64,000 bases of DNA from Thermoflexus hugenholtzii JAD2 (lineage in GTDB: Bacteria; Chloroflexota; Dehalococcoidia; UBA2979): positions 5,895-69,894 of the forward strand of contig CAMDNW010000008.1 in NCBI GenBank assembly GCA_945903275.1, given 5' to 3'. The notes beneath the pieces are model-generated. The model saw only the letters and a list, made by a program, of their open reading frames with translations, ran no database searches and had not been told where the DNA came from. Below are positions 19,867 to 28,195 of this stretch, one piece after another (position 1 is the first letter of the stretch; each line of letters begins with the position of its first letter). The translations under genes and the position numbers were made by a program.

Positions 19867-20334
19867 ATGCCGAAGTTCGTCGTCATCACCATCAGCACCG
19901 CCGACGAGATGCGCAAAGCGCTCGCGATCCGCACGCGCGTCTTTGTCGAGGAACAGCGCGTCCCAGTCGCCGAGGAGATCGACGGCTATGACGAGGCAGA
20001 CCCCACGGGGAACCCGCGCGCCATCCACTTCCTTGGCCGCCTCGACGGCATGCCCATTGCGGCCGCGCGGTTGCTCACCGACGTGCACGACGGCGAATTG
20101 CCGCACATCGGGCGCGTTGCGGTGCTCGCGGAGCATCGAGGGCACGGCTACGGCGCGGCGACCATGCGAGCCGTCCACACCGAGGCACATGCACGCGGCT
20201 TCGCGGGTGTCACGCTCGCGGCACAGCTACACGCCCTGGGGTTCTACGAACGCCTCGGGTATCTCGCGCGCGGGCTGGTGTTCCTCGACGCAGGCATCCA
20301 ACACCGGGACATGGACTTGCGGTTCGGCGGCTAG
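19867..20334 (+). CDS. GNAT-family N-acetyltransferase
   Basis: IRTRVFVEEQRVP...IGRVAVLAEHRGHGYGAATM...FYERLGY. Confidence 0.85.
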   Translation: MPKFVVITISTADEMRKALAIRTRVFVEEQRVPVAEEIDGYDEADPTGNPRAIHFLGRLDGMPIAAARLLTDVHDGELPHIGRVAVLAEHRGHGYGAATMRAVHTEAHARGFAGVTLAAQLHALGFYERLGYLARGLVFLDAGIQHRDMDLRFGG

Positions 20335-21419
20335 TGCACCGCCGCCTGCATCGATGCCGGGAAGAACCGGTGCTGCGCCCAGAGGGAGACGTACACCAGC
20401 GCCACGAGTGCAGGAACCTCAATCAGCGGGCCGACGACGCCAGCGAGCGCCTGTCCTGACGTCACGCCGAAGGTACCGATCGCGACCGCGATGGCGAGTT
20501 CGAAGTTGTTGCCTGCCGCCGTGAAAGCGAGCGTCGCCGTCTTCTCATAGTTCAGTCCCTGCAGCCGCCCCCACCCGAATGAAGTCGTCCACATCACAGC
20601 GAAGTAGACGAGCAACGGTAGCGCGATCCGCACCACATCGAGTGGCTGCGAGGTGATCGACTCGCCCTGAATGGCGAACAGCAGCACGATCGTGAACAGC
20701 AGCGAGTAGAGCGCGAACGGGCCAATACGCGGCAAGAACTCGCCCTCGTACCAAGCGTCGCCCTTACTGCTTCGGCCGATCGTGCTCGTCAGATAACCCG
20801 CGACCAGCGGAATACCGAGAAAGATCAGCACCGACCGTGCGATGTCCCAGAGCGCAAACTGCACTGATAGCTGCTCAAGACCCAACCAGCCCGGCAACGT
20901 TGCTAGGTAGAAATAGCCAAGCACTGAGTACGCCATCACTTGGAACACCGAGTTCAGCACAACCAGCACCGCAGCGGCTTCATTGTCCCCGCAAGCCAGC
21001 GTGTTCCAGATCAGCACCATCGCGATGCAGCGCGCGAGGCCAACGAGAATCAGCCCGGTGCGGAACTCCGGCAGATCCGGCAGGAATATCCATGCGAGCG
21101 CGAACATGAACGCGGGGCCAAGCACCCAGTTGAGCAACAGTGACGACACCACCAGCGGCCGGTCGGCAGCCACATCGCTCATCCGTGAATACCGCACCTT
21201 TGCCAGCACTGGATACATCATCCCGAGAAGACCAATCGCGATCGGCAGCGAGATCGTACCGACCGTCATGGCATCGAGGATGGCATTGAGGCCAGGAAAT
21301 ACACGCCCGAGTAGCAGGCCGAGTGCCATCGCTAGGCCGATCCAGACGGGCAAGAATCGGTCGAGCGTCGATAGCTGACGGAGCACAGACCCTTGCGCGG
21401 GTGCACTCATCACGGTCAT
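20331..21419 (-). CDS. acr3: ACR3-family arsenite efflux transporter
   Basis: LSTLDRFLPVWIGLAMALGLLLG...ARCIAMVLIW...NNFELAIAVA, located downstream of arsC. Confidence 0.9.
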   Translation of the reverse strand: MTVMSAPAQGSVLRQLSTLDRFLPVWIGLAMALGLLLGRVFPGLNAILDAMTVGTISLPIAIGLLGMMYPVLAKVRYSRMSDVAADRPLVVSSLLLNWVLGPAFMFALAWIFLPDLPEFRTGLILVGLARCIAMVLIWNTLACGDNEAAAVLVVLNSVFQVMAYSVLGYFYLATLPGWLGLEQLSVQFALWDIARSVLIFLGIPLVAGYLTSTIGRSSKGDAWYEGEFLPRIGPFALYSLLFTIVLLFAIQGESITSQPLDVVRIALPLLVYFAVMWTTSFGWGRLQGLNYEKTATLAFTAAGNNFELAIAVAIGTFGVTSGQALAGVVGPLIEVPALVALVYVSLWAQHRFFPASMQAAVH

Positions 21420-21427
21420 TAGTCCTC

Positions 21428-21850
21428 CTAGCGGATGGCTGTCACGGAGACCTCGCTCTGTATGAGCAACGTCTCCACTCGTCCCCGAATCTCATCTCGG
21501 ATGCGGCGCACAACTTCGATGGGCTGCCCCTTCGGGTCGTCCACTACCCAATCCTCATATCGCTTGCCGGGATACACCGGACACACATCACCACAGCCCA
21601 TCGTGATCACGACATCTGAGGCCTGTACCGCCTCATCCGTCAGCACCTTTGGCATCTCGTAGGCAATGTCGCAGCCGGCCTCACGCATCGCCTCGACGAC
21701 GACCAAGTTCGTGGTGGACGCGGGCATCGAGCCGGCAGAGCGGACGCGCACGACGTCGCCACCGAGCATTGAGCACCATGCCGCCGCCATCTGCGAGCGG
21801 CCTGCATTGTGGATACACACAAACAACACACTCAGCGGCTTGCCCGGCAT
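21428..21850 (-). CDS. arsC: arsenate reductase, low-molecular-weight phosphatase type
   Basis: LSVLFVCIHNAGRSQMAAAW (CX5R-S loop) and MGCGDVCP. The ATG at 21850 overlaps the TGA of the upstream gene (TGATG). The track start at 21862 is the alternative. Confidence 0.88.
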   Translation of the reverse strand: MPGKPLSVLFVCIHNAGRSQMAAAWCSMLGGDVVRVRSAGSMPASTTNLVVVEAMREAGCDIAYEMPKVLTDEAVQASDVVITMGCGDVCPVYPGKRYEDWVVDDPKGQPIEVVRRIRDEIRGRVETLLIQSEVSVTAIR

Positions 21851-22566
21851 CACGCGGCCCACGTAAACATCAGGGCTGCCGAATCTATCCGCTGCTGCAA
21901 GGTGGCAAATACCCGCGTAAACGCCGAAACCGTGCCTCCCACAGCCGGGTCGGGCACCGACCAGTGCAGTGCATCGACGTGCTCCTTACCTGTCAGTTCC
22001 TCGTGCGCGCGCTCGCATAACGTGACGACGACATCGGGCGTCTCGACAACCTCGGCGAGCGAACGGGGATGCGCGGCCGAGAGGCCGAGAGGCCGAGAGG
22101 CCGAGAGGCCGAGGCCGTATTGCACCGTCGTGGTTACTGCGAGCGGATGAACGCGCGCAGCGGGGTGCGTCCCTGCGACCTCAACATGCCCAGGCGTGGA
22201 AGCGTTCCAGATCGCCGCGGCCAGTTGCGGACGCGCCGAGTTCTCCGTGCAGACGAAGAGCACCGAGGACACCACTGCATGCGGTGCGGCCTCACATCTG
22301 GCAAGCGCCTCGCAGACGAGCTTGAGGTAGCGTCGGCGGCCGTCGCCGGACGAGCGGACGCGCTCGACGACCCCGGCGCATGCGAGCACGTCGAGATGGT
22401 GGGCGAGCAGGTTCGACTCGATGCCGATGACCGCGGCGAGTTCGGAGTGGGAGCGGTCGGAGAGTACGAGTGCATCGACAGTCGCGAGTCGGTATTCGTA
22501 GCCAGGCGCCGCGTGGACAGCAGCACGCCCGGAGAGCGTGACAGGAGCGACAGATGAGGTGGTCAC
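21850..22566 (-). CDS. ArsR-family HTH regulator fused to an LMW-phosphatase/ArsC-like domain
   Basis: The N-terminus LSDRSHSELAAVIGIESNLLAHHLDVLACAGVVERVRSSGDGRRRYLKL is an ArsR-type wHTH. The C-terminus VLFVCTENSARPQLAAAIWN...HWSVPDP is LMWP-like, with CX5R kept but followed by Pro. First gene of the ars operon. Confidence 0.8.
   Translation of the reverse strand: MTTSSVAPVTLSGRAAVHAAPGYEYRLATVDALVLSDRSHSELAAVIGIESNLLAHHLDVLACAGVVERVRSSGDGRRRYLKLVCEALARCEAAPHAVVSSVLFVCTENSARPQLAAAIWNASTPGHVEVAGTHPAARVHPLAVTTTVQYGLGLSASRPLGLSAAHPRSLAEVVETPDVVVTLCERAHEELTGKEHVDALHWSVPDPAVGGTVSAFTRVFATLQQRIDSAALMFTWAA
22075..22114. repeat. 8-bp tandem repeat GGCCGAGA, 4 perfect copies plus a fifth 7/8 copy, inside the ArsR-LMWP CDS
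   Basis: Read directly: ggccgaga ggccgaga ggccgaga ggccgaga ggccgagg. On the coding strand it encodes LGLSASRPLGLSA. Confidence 0.9.
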
Positions 22567-22631
22567 TCACCTATCGTGTAGTTCAATATCTATCGAGTCA
22601 ATACTGGGGTGACGGCTCCGACAGGGTACTG

Positions 22632-22662
22632 TTGACCGTGAAGCAAGTTGAAGGTCTAGGGT
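22632..22662 (+). promoter_or_regulatory. MerR-type promoter candidate: TTGACC - 19 bp spacer with dyad - TAGGGT
   Basis: TTGACC (22632..22637), a 19-nt spacer and TAGGGT (22657..22662). An imperfect dyad ACCgTgAAgcaagTTgAaGGT spans 22635..22655. The ATG of the merR-like relic lies 7 nt after the -10, which would give a leaderless transcript. Confidence 0.4.
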
Positions 22663-22668
22663 GACAAC

Positions 22669-22936
22669 ATGAAGGCTCCGAACTAGAAGCGTACTGGCGT
22701 AGCCACCAGTGCCATCCGGTTCTACGAGGCACAGGGCGTGACCCCGCAGGCATCCCGCACCACCCTCATACTACCCCAGATACGACGAGGCAGACTTCTG
22801 CCGGGTGCATGTGCTCGCCTCGCTCCGCTCGCTCGGACGCGACCTCCATGAAGCGTGCCGACTCGCCACCCTATGCAGCGACGAGCGCTGCGAGGAGATG
22901 GCCACTACAGCGTGTGCGGGTACTATCGCTGCATGA
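22669..22936 (+). pseudogene. decayed MerR-family regulator
   Basis: MKAPN*KRTGVATSAIRFYEAQGVTPQASRTT (TAG at codon 6). After a +1 frame change near 22770 it continues PRYDEADFCRVHVLASLRSLGRDLHEACRLATLCSDERCEEM...*. This is the MerR HTH plus dimerisation helix pattern. Its TGA overlaps the ATG of the next gene (ATGA). Confidence 0.55.
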
Positions 22937-23640
22937 CCAAACCACCGTTGTGCGCTGTGCTCTTCGACTTTGATGGCACACTCGGGTACTACCTCCCGAC
23001 ACATCTCGAGTTGTACGTGCAGGCGGCGGCCACGCACGGCATCGCAGTGACGACCGAGGCGCTGGCGAGCGCCGTCGATGCCGCCTGGGGGCCGTGGGAG
23101 ACCGTGTATGGCGTTAACCACTCGGCGCACTCCGGAGACGAGGCGTCCTACCTCGCGATCCGTGCGCTGCTGCATCGAGGCCGGTTCGAGGCCGCGGGTG
23201 TCCGCACCGATGACGCGACAATGCAGGCGATGACCGCGTTCCTCTGCATCTCGGAACAAGAGCCGATCCACTTCGCTCTTTACGACGACGCCATCCCCGC
23301 CCTTGAGCGCGTACGCGCCGCGGGCACCCCCGCGTACATCGTCTCCAACCACATCTGGCGGCTACCCGAAGTGATCGAGGCGCTTGGCCTCAGCCAATAC
23401 ATCGCTGCGACACTCACGAGTGCCCGCGTCGGTTACCGCAAGCCGCACCCGAAGATATTTGAGGCCGCGATCGCCGTCGCGAGGGGCGAGGCAACCTCGA
23501 TGCTGTACGTAGGCGATAATCCAACGCACGATGTCCTTGGTGCGCGCGCGGCCGGTATGCGCGCCGTGCTAATCGACCGGCGCGGCTCAAGCGGCGACGC
23601 AACCGCCATCCGCTCACTCATGGAGGTGCCGTTGTGGTAG
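22933..23640 (+). CDS. HAD-superfamily hydrolase
   Basis: MTKPPLCAVLFDFDGTLG (DxD motif I), IVSNH and YVGDNPTHDVLGARAAGM (motif IV). The longer track ORF from 22855 is rejected. Confidence 0.85.
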   Translation: MTKPPLCAVLFDFDGTLGYYLPTHLELYVQAAATHGIAVTTEALASAVDAAWGPWETVYGVNHSAHSGDEASYLAIRALLHRGRFEAAGVRTDDATMQAMTAFLCISEQEPIHFALYDDAIPALERVRAAGTPAYIVSNHIWRLPEVIEALGLSQYIAATLTSARVGYRKPHPKIFEAAIAVARGEATSMLYVGDNPTHDVLGARAAGMRAVLIDRRGSSGDATAIRSLMEVPLW

Positions 23641-24098
23641 TGGCGTTCGGGCTCGTAACCGTGCAGAGCGACGAACTCAACCAGCTCTTTGAGATGTTCG
23701 AGGCGTACCGCAAAGAGACTGAACGGTTCGATCCGATTCCATTCGAGCCGGGCAGCCCGATGGAGGCGCGCCAGTTGATGCTGATCGGCATTGAGGACGA
23801 GGAGTGGCTCTGGATCACGATGGACGGCGAGCGTCGCGGCTTTGTGATGTCGCGCGTCTACTACGACGACCCGCTGCCGGAACAGCAGACGACCGAAATC
23901 CTGGAGTGCTACGTGACGCCTGACTCGCGCCGCCTGGGCCTCGCCAAGCTGGCAGTGGATGCGATCCTCGCCCGGGAACGGGAAAGGGGGACGGCGCTGG
24001 TGGAGGCCGGGGTGCTGCGCGACAATGCAGAGGCACTGGAGTTCTGGGAAGCCTTGGGCTTTCAGGTGCGCGCGCTACGGACCGCCCGCCGGCCGTAA
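23634..24098 (+). CDS. GNAT-family acetyltransferase
   Basis: ECYVTPDSRRLGLAKLAVDAIL...NAEALEFWEALGFQV. The GTG start overlaps the HAD stop. Confidence 0.7.
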   Translation: MVVAFGLVTVQSDELNQLFEMFEAYRKETERFDPIPFEPGSPMEARQLMLIGIEDEEWLWITMDGERRGFVMSRVYYDDPLPEQQTTEILECYVTPDSRRLGLAKLAVDAILARERERGTALVEAGVLRDNAEALEFWEALGFQVRALRTARRP

Positions 24099-24110
24099 GA
24101 GGGGTACCAC

Positions 24111-24998
24111 ATGATCTGGGACGTCCACTGCCATTTCCCCCGCAACTTCATGGCCGCGCAGGGCGAGCCTGATGACCCGGCGAAGAACATCGATGAGCGC
24201 GCCGGCGCGCTCCGCGCCGCCGGGGTGACGCGCGCCTCGCTGCTTTCAGGTGGCGGACGCACAGGCGAACTCACCTACGAGGACTGCCTCACCTATGCGA
24301 AGCGGCACGAGGATCTCTTCGTCCCGGTCGCCGTCGTGCCCGTCGATGAATCGAGCGGGCACGACGTGCGGCGTGTGCATGGCCTCGGCTACCGCGGGCT
24401 AAAGATCATTGGCTCAAAGCATGACTATGACTACCACGGTTACTGGAGCATCTATGCCGCTGCCGAAGCACTGAACATGCCCATCCTGTTCCACATGGGC
24501 GTCATCGGCGGAGGCGTGGACTACTCGATCACGCACCCGCGCCGCGACCCGAAGGCCGTCGAGAACCTAGAGCGCATGCGCCAGTTCCGCGGGGCACCTC
24601 GTGACGTCTCGGCGATCCGGATGCGGCCGTTTCACCTGGATACCATCGCAAACAACTTCCCCAACCTGAAGTTGATCGGCGCACACATGGGTGGCACCGG
24701 CAACTACGAGGAGGCGGCCTCGGTCGCTCGCTGGCGGCACCACGTCCATTTCGACCTCTCCGGTGGCGACACGATCGAACGGCACGCCGAGGAGCGCGGC
24801 CTCATCGGCAAAGAGATCGGCGTCGAGAAACTCGTCTGGGGCTCCGACTGCCGCAGCGACGAGATTGCTGACCACGTCAGTAACCTCCACGCGATCATGG
24901 ATCGCCTCGGCCTCGCCGAGGATGAGCGCGAGCGCATCTGGTACCGCAACGCCGCCGAGATGTTCGGCGAGGCGGAGCCGCAACTCGCGAAGGAATGA
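24111..24998 (+). CDS. amidohydrolase-2/TIM-barrel metal-dependent hydrolase
   Basis: MIWDVHCHFP (HxH metal motif at the N-terminus), ILFHMG and VWGSDC. Confidence 0.75.
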   Translation: MIWDVHCHFPRNFMAAQGEPDDPAKNIDERAGALRAAGVTRASLLSGGGRTGELTYEDCLTYAKRHEDLFVPVAVVPVDESSGHDVRRVHGLGYRGLKIIGSKHDYDYHGYWSIYAAAEALNMPILFHMGVIGGGVDYSITHPRRDPKAVENLERMRQFRGAPRDVSAIRMRPFHLDTIANNFPNLKLIGAHMGGTGNYEEAASVARWRHHVHFDLSGGDTIERHAEERGLIGKEIGVEKLVWGSDCRSDEIADHVSNLHAIMDRLGLAEDERERIWYRNAAEMFGEAEPQLAKE

Positions 24999-25011
24999 TG
25001 GGGGTTGCCGC

Positions 25012-25839
25012 ATGACGTTCGCTGAGGGCGCCACCGACCAGCCTCGCACCTTGTTGCGCCTGTCCGGATTTGGCGTCCCGCTTACCACAGAGACCGTGAT
25101 CCTTACGGCGGTGATGACGCTTACATTCCTACTGTTCCTGCTCATCGAGCCGACCCCACGCTGGCTCGCGCTGCTGGGCGCGCTGATCGCTGCGCTCGCC
25201 ACCGATGGCATCCTACGCCACGTACGCAGCGAGATATTCGAAGCAGGCGCGGACAGCACGCCCTACCTCTTCCTGCCCACGCTGCTCGCGCTCACCGTCC
25301 CGGTCTTTGCCGAGTACAACGTGCGCGGTTACTGGGACATTCTGGTCGCGGCCGGCGGTGGCCTCGTGTTCGGCCTCGTGGTGCTAGCCGAAATCACGTC
25401 CGTGCGCGCTACCGACCCGCTGCACACGGTCGCGCGTTTCGTCGCGGCCGCTGCGACCTACTTTGTCGTCTTCGCGCTGTTGGCCCTTGGGTATGCATTC
25501 GACCTCGGCCTCCGCGAGTCGATCGCGGCAATTGCGCTGATCTCGATGCTGTGCGCCGTCGAGTTACTGCGCGATGACCAACTCGACCCAATCGAGACGC
25601 TCGTCTTCTCCTGCATCACCGGCCTGGTGGTCGCCGAGGCGCGCTGGGTGATGCAGTATCTGCCCATCGATGGCTATCTCGCGGCGCTCGCGCTGCTGCT
25701 GGTCTTCTATTTCAGCACCGGCGTCGTCCACGCCTACATCACGCGCCAGTTGAACCTTGTGGTCACGGGCGAGTACGCGGCCGTGGCGGCCGCGGGCATC
25801 GCGCTGGTGGCCGCGGCACGCATCGCGGGTCTCGCGTAG
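25012..25839 (+). CDS. polytopic membrane protein, unknown function
   Basis: From the ATG at 25012 there are several hydrophobic spans (TAVMTLTFLLFLLI, LALLGALIAALA, LVFGLVVLAEI ...). The upstream part of track ORF 24691.. overlaps the amidohydrolase and is rejected. Confidence 0.6.
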   Translation: MTFAEGATDQPRTLLRLSGFGVPLTTETVILTAVMTLTFLLFLLIEPTPRWLALLGALIAALATDGILRHVRSEIFEAGADSTPYLFLPTLLALTVPVFAEYNVRGYWDILVAAGGGLVFGLVVLAEITSVRATDPLHTVARFVAAAATYFVVFALLALGYAFDLGLRESIAAIALISMLCAVELLRDDQLDPIETLVFSCITGLVVAEARWVMQYLPIDGYLAALALLLVFYFSTGVVHAYITRQLNLVVTGEYAAVAAAGIALVAAARIAGLA

Positions 25840-25894
25840 CCCCGTACGTCTCGCGTGCCCCGAGCGGGATGCTCTGCTAGCATCGAATCACGGT

Positions 25895-25971
25895 CGGGGA
25901 GTGGCGCAGCCTGGTAGCGCACTTGACTGGGGGTCAAGAGGCCGCACGTTCAAATCGTGTCTCCCCGACCA
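25895..25971 (+). tRNA. tRNA-Pro (anticodon GGG), CCA encoded
   Basis: Manual cloverleaf: acceptor CGGGGAG/CTCCCCG, D arm GCGC..GCGC, anticodon stem CTTGA/TCAAG with loop CTGGGGG, T arm GCACG-TTCAAAT-CGTGT, then discriminator A and CCA. Confidence 0.92.
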
Positions 25972-25972
25972 G
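25947..25972 (+). repeat. left copy of 26-nt direct repeat (tRNA-Pro T-arm/acceptor 3' end)
   Basis: cgttcaaatcgtgtctccccgaccag, compared with 26848..26873 cgttgaaatcgtgtcttaccgatcag: 22 of 26 identical by eye. Confidence 0.6.
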
Positions 25973-26317
25973 ATAATGTTCAGCCATGCTTCACGCTTGC
26001 GGCCGACGGTTAAGCGGCCGAAGCCGAACATCAATTAATGGCCCAGTCTCTACACAAGGGGCCACTCACGCGCCGGATGGACGTGACCGCTGCGATCACT
26101 GCGGACATGGTGCTTAGCAGCAATCCGGCGTAGTGAATTATCCCGTCTTGCCGCGATGACCGTGGGTCGACAGACGCGATATCGCGGCTCATTATGTATT
26201 AAGCGCATGGTGCATCCCTCAATCAGAGGATTCCCGATCACGCCTTCGGTCGCCGTGCACGTGCACCACAGCGTCCCGATCCCGCGTTCTGCAGGCGGCA
26301 CCACTCGTGAACGCGAA

Positions 26318-26737
26318 CTGTCATTGATGGGCGCCTTTGGACTCTCAGCCGGAGCCATCCCCCTGCTGCTCCCCGGAGGGGCGCAGCGTCTACTCGCATT
26401 CGTCGCACTACAAGATCGTCCAACGACCCGTTCCACAGTGGCAGCAGCATTGTGGCAGAATCTGCCGACCTTGCAAGCCAACGCCAGTCTGCGTTCGGCC
26501 ACCTAGCGGTTAGAGAAGATCACGAACGAGGCGATGCAGGTCGACGTCATTGACCTTGAACTCAGCGATGGAGTGGCGGTGGATATCCATGAGTCCAAGG
26601 CATTGGTTCACCGGCTCCTGATCGTGGACACCGAACCATCGGCTGCAGATATGAGTGCTGCCGCAATCGCGGTGCTGGCATCTGATCTGCTACCAGATTG
26701 GCATGACGACTGGGTTATTCTTGAAGCAGAGGATTGA
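26318..26737 (+). pseudogene. SARP/BTAD-like winged-helix regulator, interrupted by TAG and C-terminally decayed
   Basis: LSLMGAFGLSAGAIPLLLPGGAQRLLAFVALQDRPTTRSTVAAALWQNLPTLQANASLRSAT*RLEKIT...LASDLLPDWHDDWVILEAED*. Homologues as I remember them read NLRSALWRLRK, so the TAG (26504..26506) replaces a Trp TGG. Both track ORFs (26156.. and 26534..) are in the same frame. Similarity (QQLR) continues past the TGA at 26735. Confidence 0.6.
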
Positions 26738-26847
26738 CAGCAACTCCGGTCTGCTTTCATAGGTCACAAGTCTCCGAGTACGAGCGATATTGTGAGTTCG
26801 TGATCACTCTCGTCACAGCACCATGGAATTGATATCTGGAGACGGCC

Positions 26848-26873
26848 CGTTGAAATCGTGTCTTACCGATCAG
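26848..26873 (+). repeat. right, degenerate copy of the tRNA-Pro 3'-end repeat
   Basis: See 25947..25972; 22/26 identity. Lies just before the ATG of the next GNAT gene. Confidence 0.6.
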
Positions 26874-26884
26874 CCGCACACAAG

Positions 26885-27487
26885 ATGATCGCGCCTGCTG
26901 ACAAGAGAGCCATCCGCAAGGCCGTACTTGCCGATGCCGACCGCATCGGCACGATGCTCGCACGGGCGTTCGACGACGACCCGTTCATCAACTTTCTGAT
27001 GAAGCAGGATCGCACACGCACATGCCGCATCGCGTCATGGGCGCAGGATGCTGCGACGGTCAGCATCGACCTGAGCGAGACGTATGTGACGGAGGACTAC
27101 AGCGGCGCGGCGCTCTGGACGCCGCCGGAGCAGGCTCACCATCTCGGCCGCTTCGCGCGGTACCGGCGCATCAGCCGGTTCGCGGGACCGATCGGCGCGC
27201 TGCGGCTATCGCGTGCGCTCGACATGGTCGACGCGTGTGATCCGGTGTTGCCGCACTTCTACCTGCGCATCATCGGCGTAGAGCCAGACCAGCAGCGCCG
27301 AGGCATTGCCTCAAGGCTCATGCAGCCTGTACTCGCGCGCTGCGACGCCGAGCGCATTCCCGCTTACCTATTCAGCACGAAGGTCTCAAACCTACCGCTG
27401 TACGAGCGGCACGGCTTCGCGGTGACAGAGCGCCTCGACCTCCCAGACGGGCCGGCGGTCTGGACGATGTGGCGGGAGCCTCGATAA
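26885..27487 (+). CDS. GNAT-family N-acetyltransferase
   Basis: MIAPADKRAIRKAVLADADRIGTMLARAF...VEPDQQRRGIASRLMQPVL...LYERHGFAV. ATG 26885 is preferred over GTG 26858, which lies inside the repeat. Confidence 0.8.
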   Translation: MIAPADKRAIRKAVLADADRIGTMLARAFDDDPFINFLMKQDRTRTCRIASWAQDAATVSIDLSETYVTEDYSGAALWTPPEQAHHLGRFARYRRISRFAGPIGALRLSRALDMVDACDPVLPHFYLRIIGVEPDQQRRGIASRLMQPVLARCDAERIPAYLFSTKVSNLPLYERHGFAVTERLDLPDGPAVWTMWREPR

Positions 27488-27499
27488 GCCGCACGGGGG

Positions 27500-28195
27500 C
27501 TAGACACGCGCGCCGGCCTCCTGCGCGATCACGTGGGCAGTCCAGTAGTGGTACGTCTTCGTCACAACGGTGATCACGCTCTTCACCTCGTCCTTTAGCC
27601 GGAACGACTTTGAGGCGGGCACGAGCAGCCGATTGTCCTCGAACCGCGCCGCGACGTTCTCAAGGATGATTGAGGCGGCCAGCCAGACTGCCATCGCCTG
27701 CGACCGGCAGGAGATCACGAGCCAGCCAGGTTCTTCGGCCTCCTCGGAATAGAGTCCCGTGGTTTCCCAGATGCCGCGCCGCAACTCCTCGATGGCATCG
27801 AAATCAGCGTCGCCCGGTTCACCCCACGAGTTTGGCGCCTGAAGGGTCGAGTTCGGCCCCCGATGAGGCGGGCCGCCGTACAGCGCGAGGTCGCAGAACG
27901 ACTCCCAAATTGCTCGCCAATTCGGGCGGCCATCTGGCAGGTAGGCGAAGTCCGCAGAGAACATGGAGGCGAGCGATGGCGGCGTGGGGACGATCATCTC
28001 AATCGGGTCGTCACCAGGCGAGGGCTCCGCACCGATACGCGCAGCGAGCAATTGCTCGGGTCGCGCGAACACGACCTCGACCGGCGCGCTGATGAAGTTC
28101 GCGAACGAGCGCGCGAGTTCCCGACAGTCTTGGAATTGCTCAAACGGCAGGGCTTTGTCTGCCACGATCAACATCCGTGCGTCCATCGGCTGCAC
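27500..28195 (-). CDS. hypothetical protein (231 aa), no family recognised
   Basis: Long ORF with ordinary amino-acid composition, unlike the Arg/Pro-rich shadow ORFs that overlap it. No motif was recognised. Confidence 0.5.
   Translation of the reverse strand: MQPMDARMLIVADKALPFEQFQDCRELARSFANFISAPVEVVFARPEQLLAARIGAEPSPGDDPIEMIVPTPPSLASMFSADFAYLPDGRPNWRAIWESFCDLALYGGPPHRGPNSTLQAPNSWGEPGDADFDAIEELRRGIWETTGLYSEEAEEPGWLVISCRSQAMAVWLAASIILENVAARFEDNRLLVPASKSFRLKDEVKSVITVVTKTYHYWTAHVIAQEAGARV

Larger units (their letters stand above)
25947..26873 (+). mobile_element. remnant islet of a tRNA-Pro-integrated element (no integrase left)
   Basis: Bounded by the tRNA 3' end and its degenerate direct repeat. 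The first ~200 nt look less GC-rich and begin with a hairpin (CTTgCGGCCG / CGGCCGAAG, 25996..26023). The only recognisable content is a nonsense-inactivated SARP/BTAD-like regulator. Confidence 0.4.

Noticed and set aside
22075-22114. CRISPR-like array (also considered for 51607..51647)
   Set aside because: The units are 8 and 9 bp, contiguous and without spacers, and lie inside coding sequence. These are simple tandem repeats. No cas genes are present.
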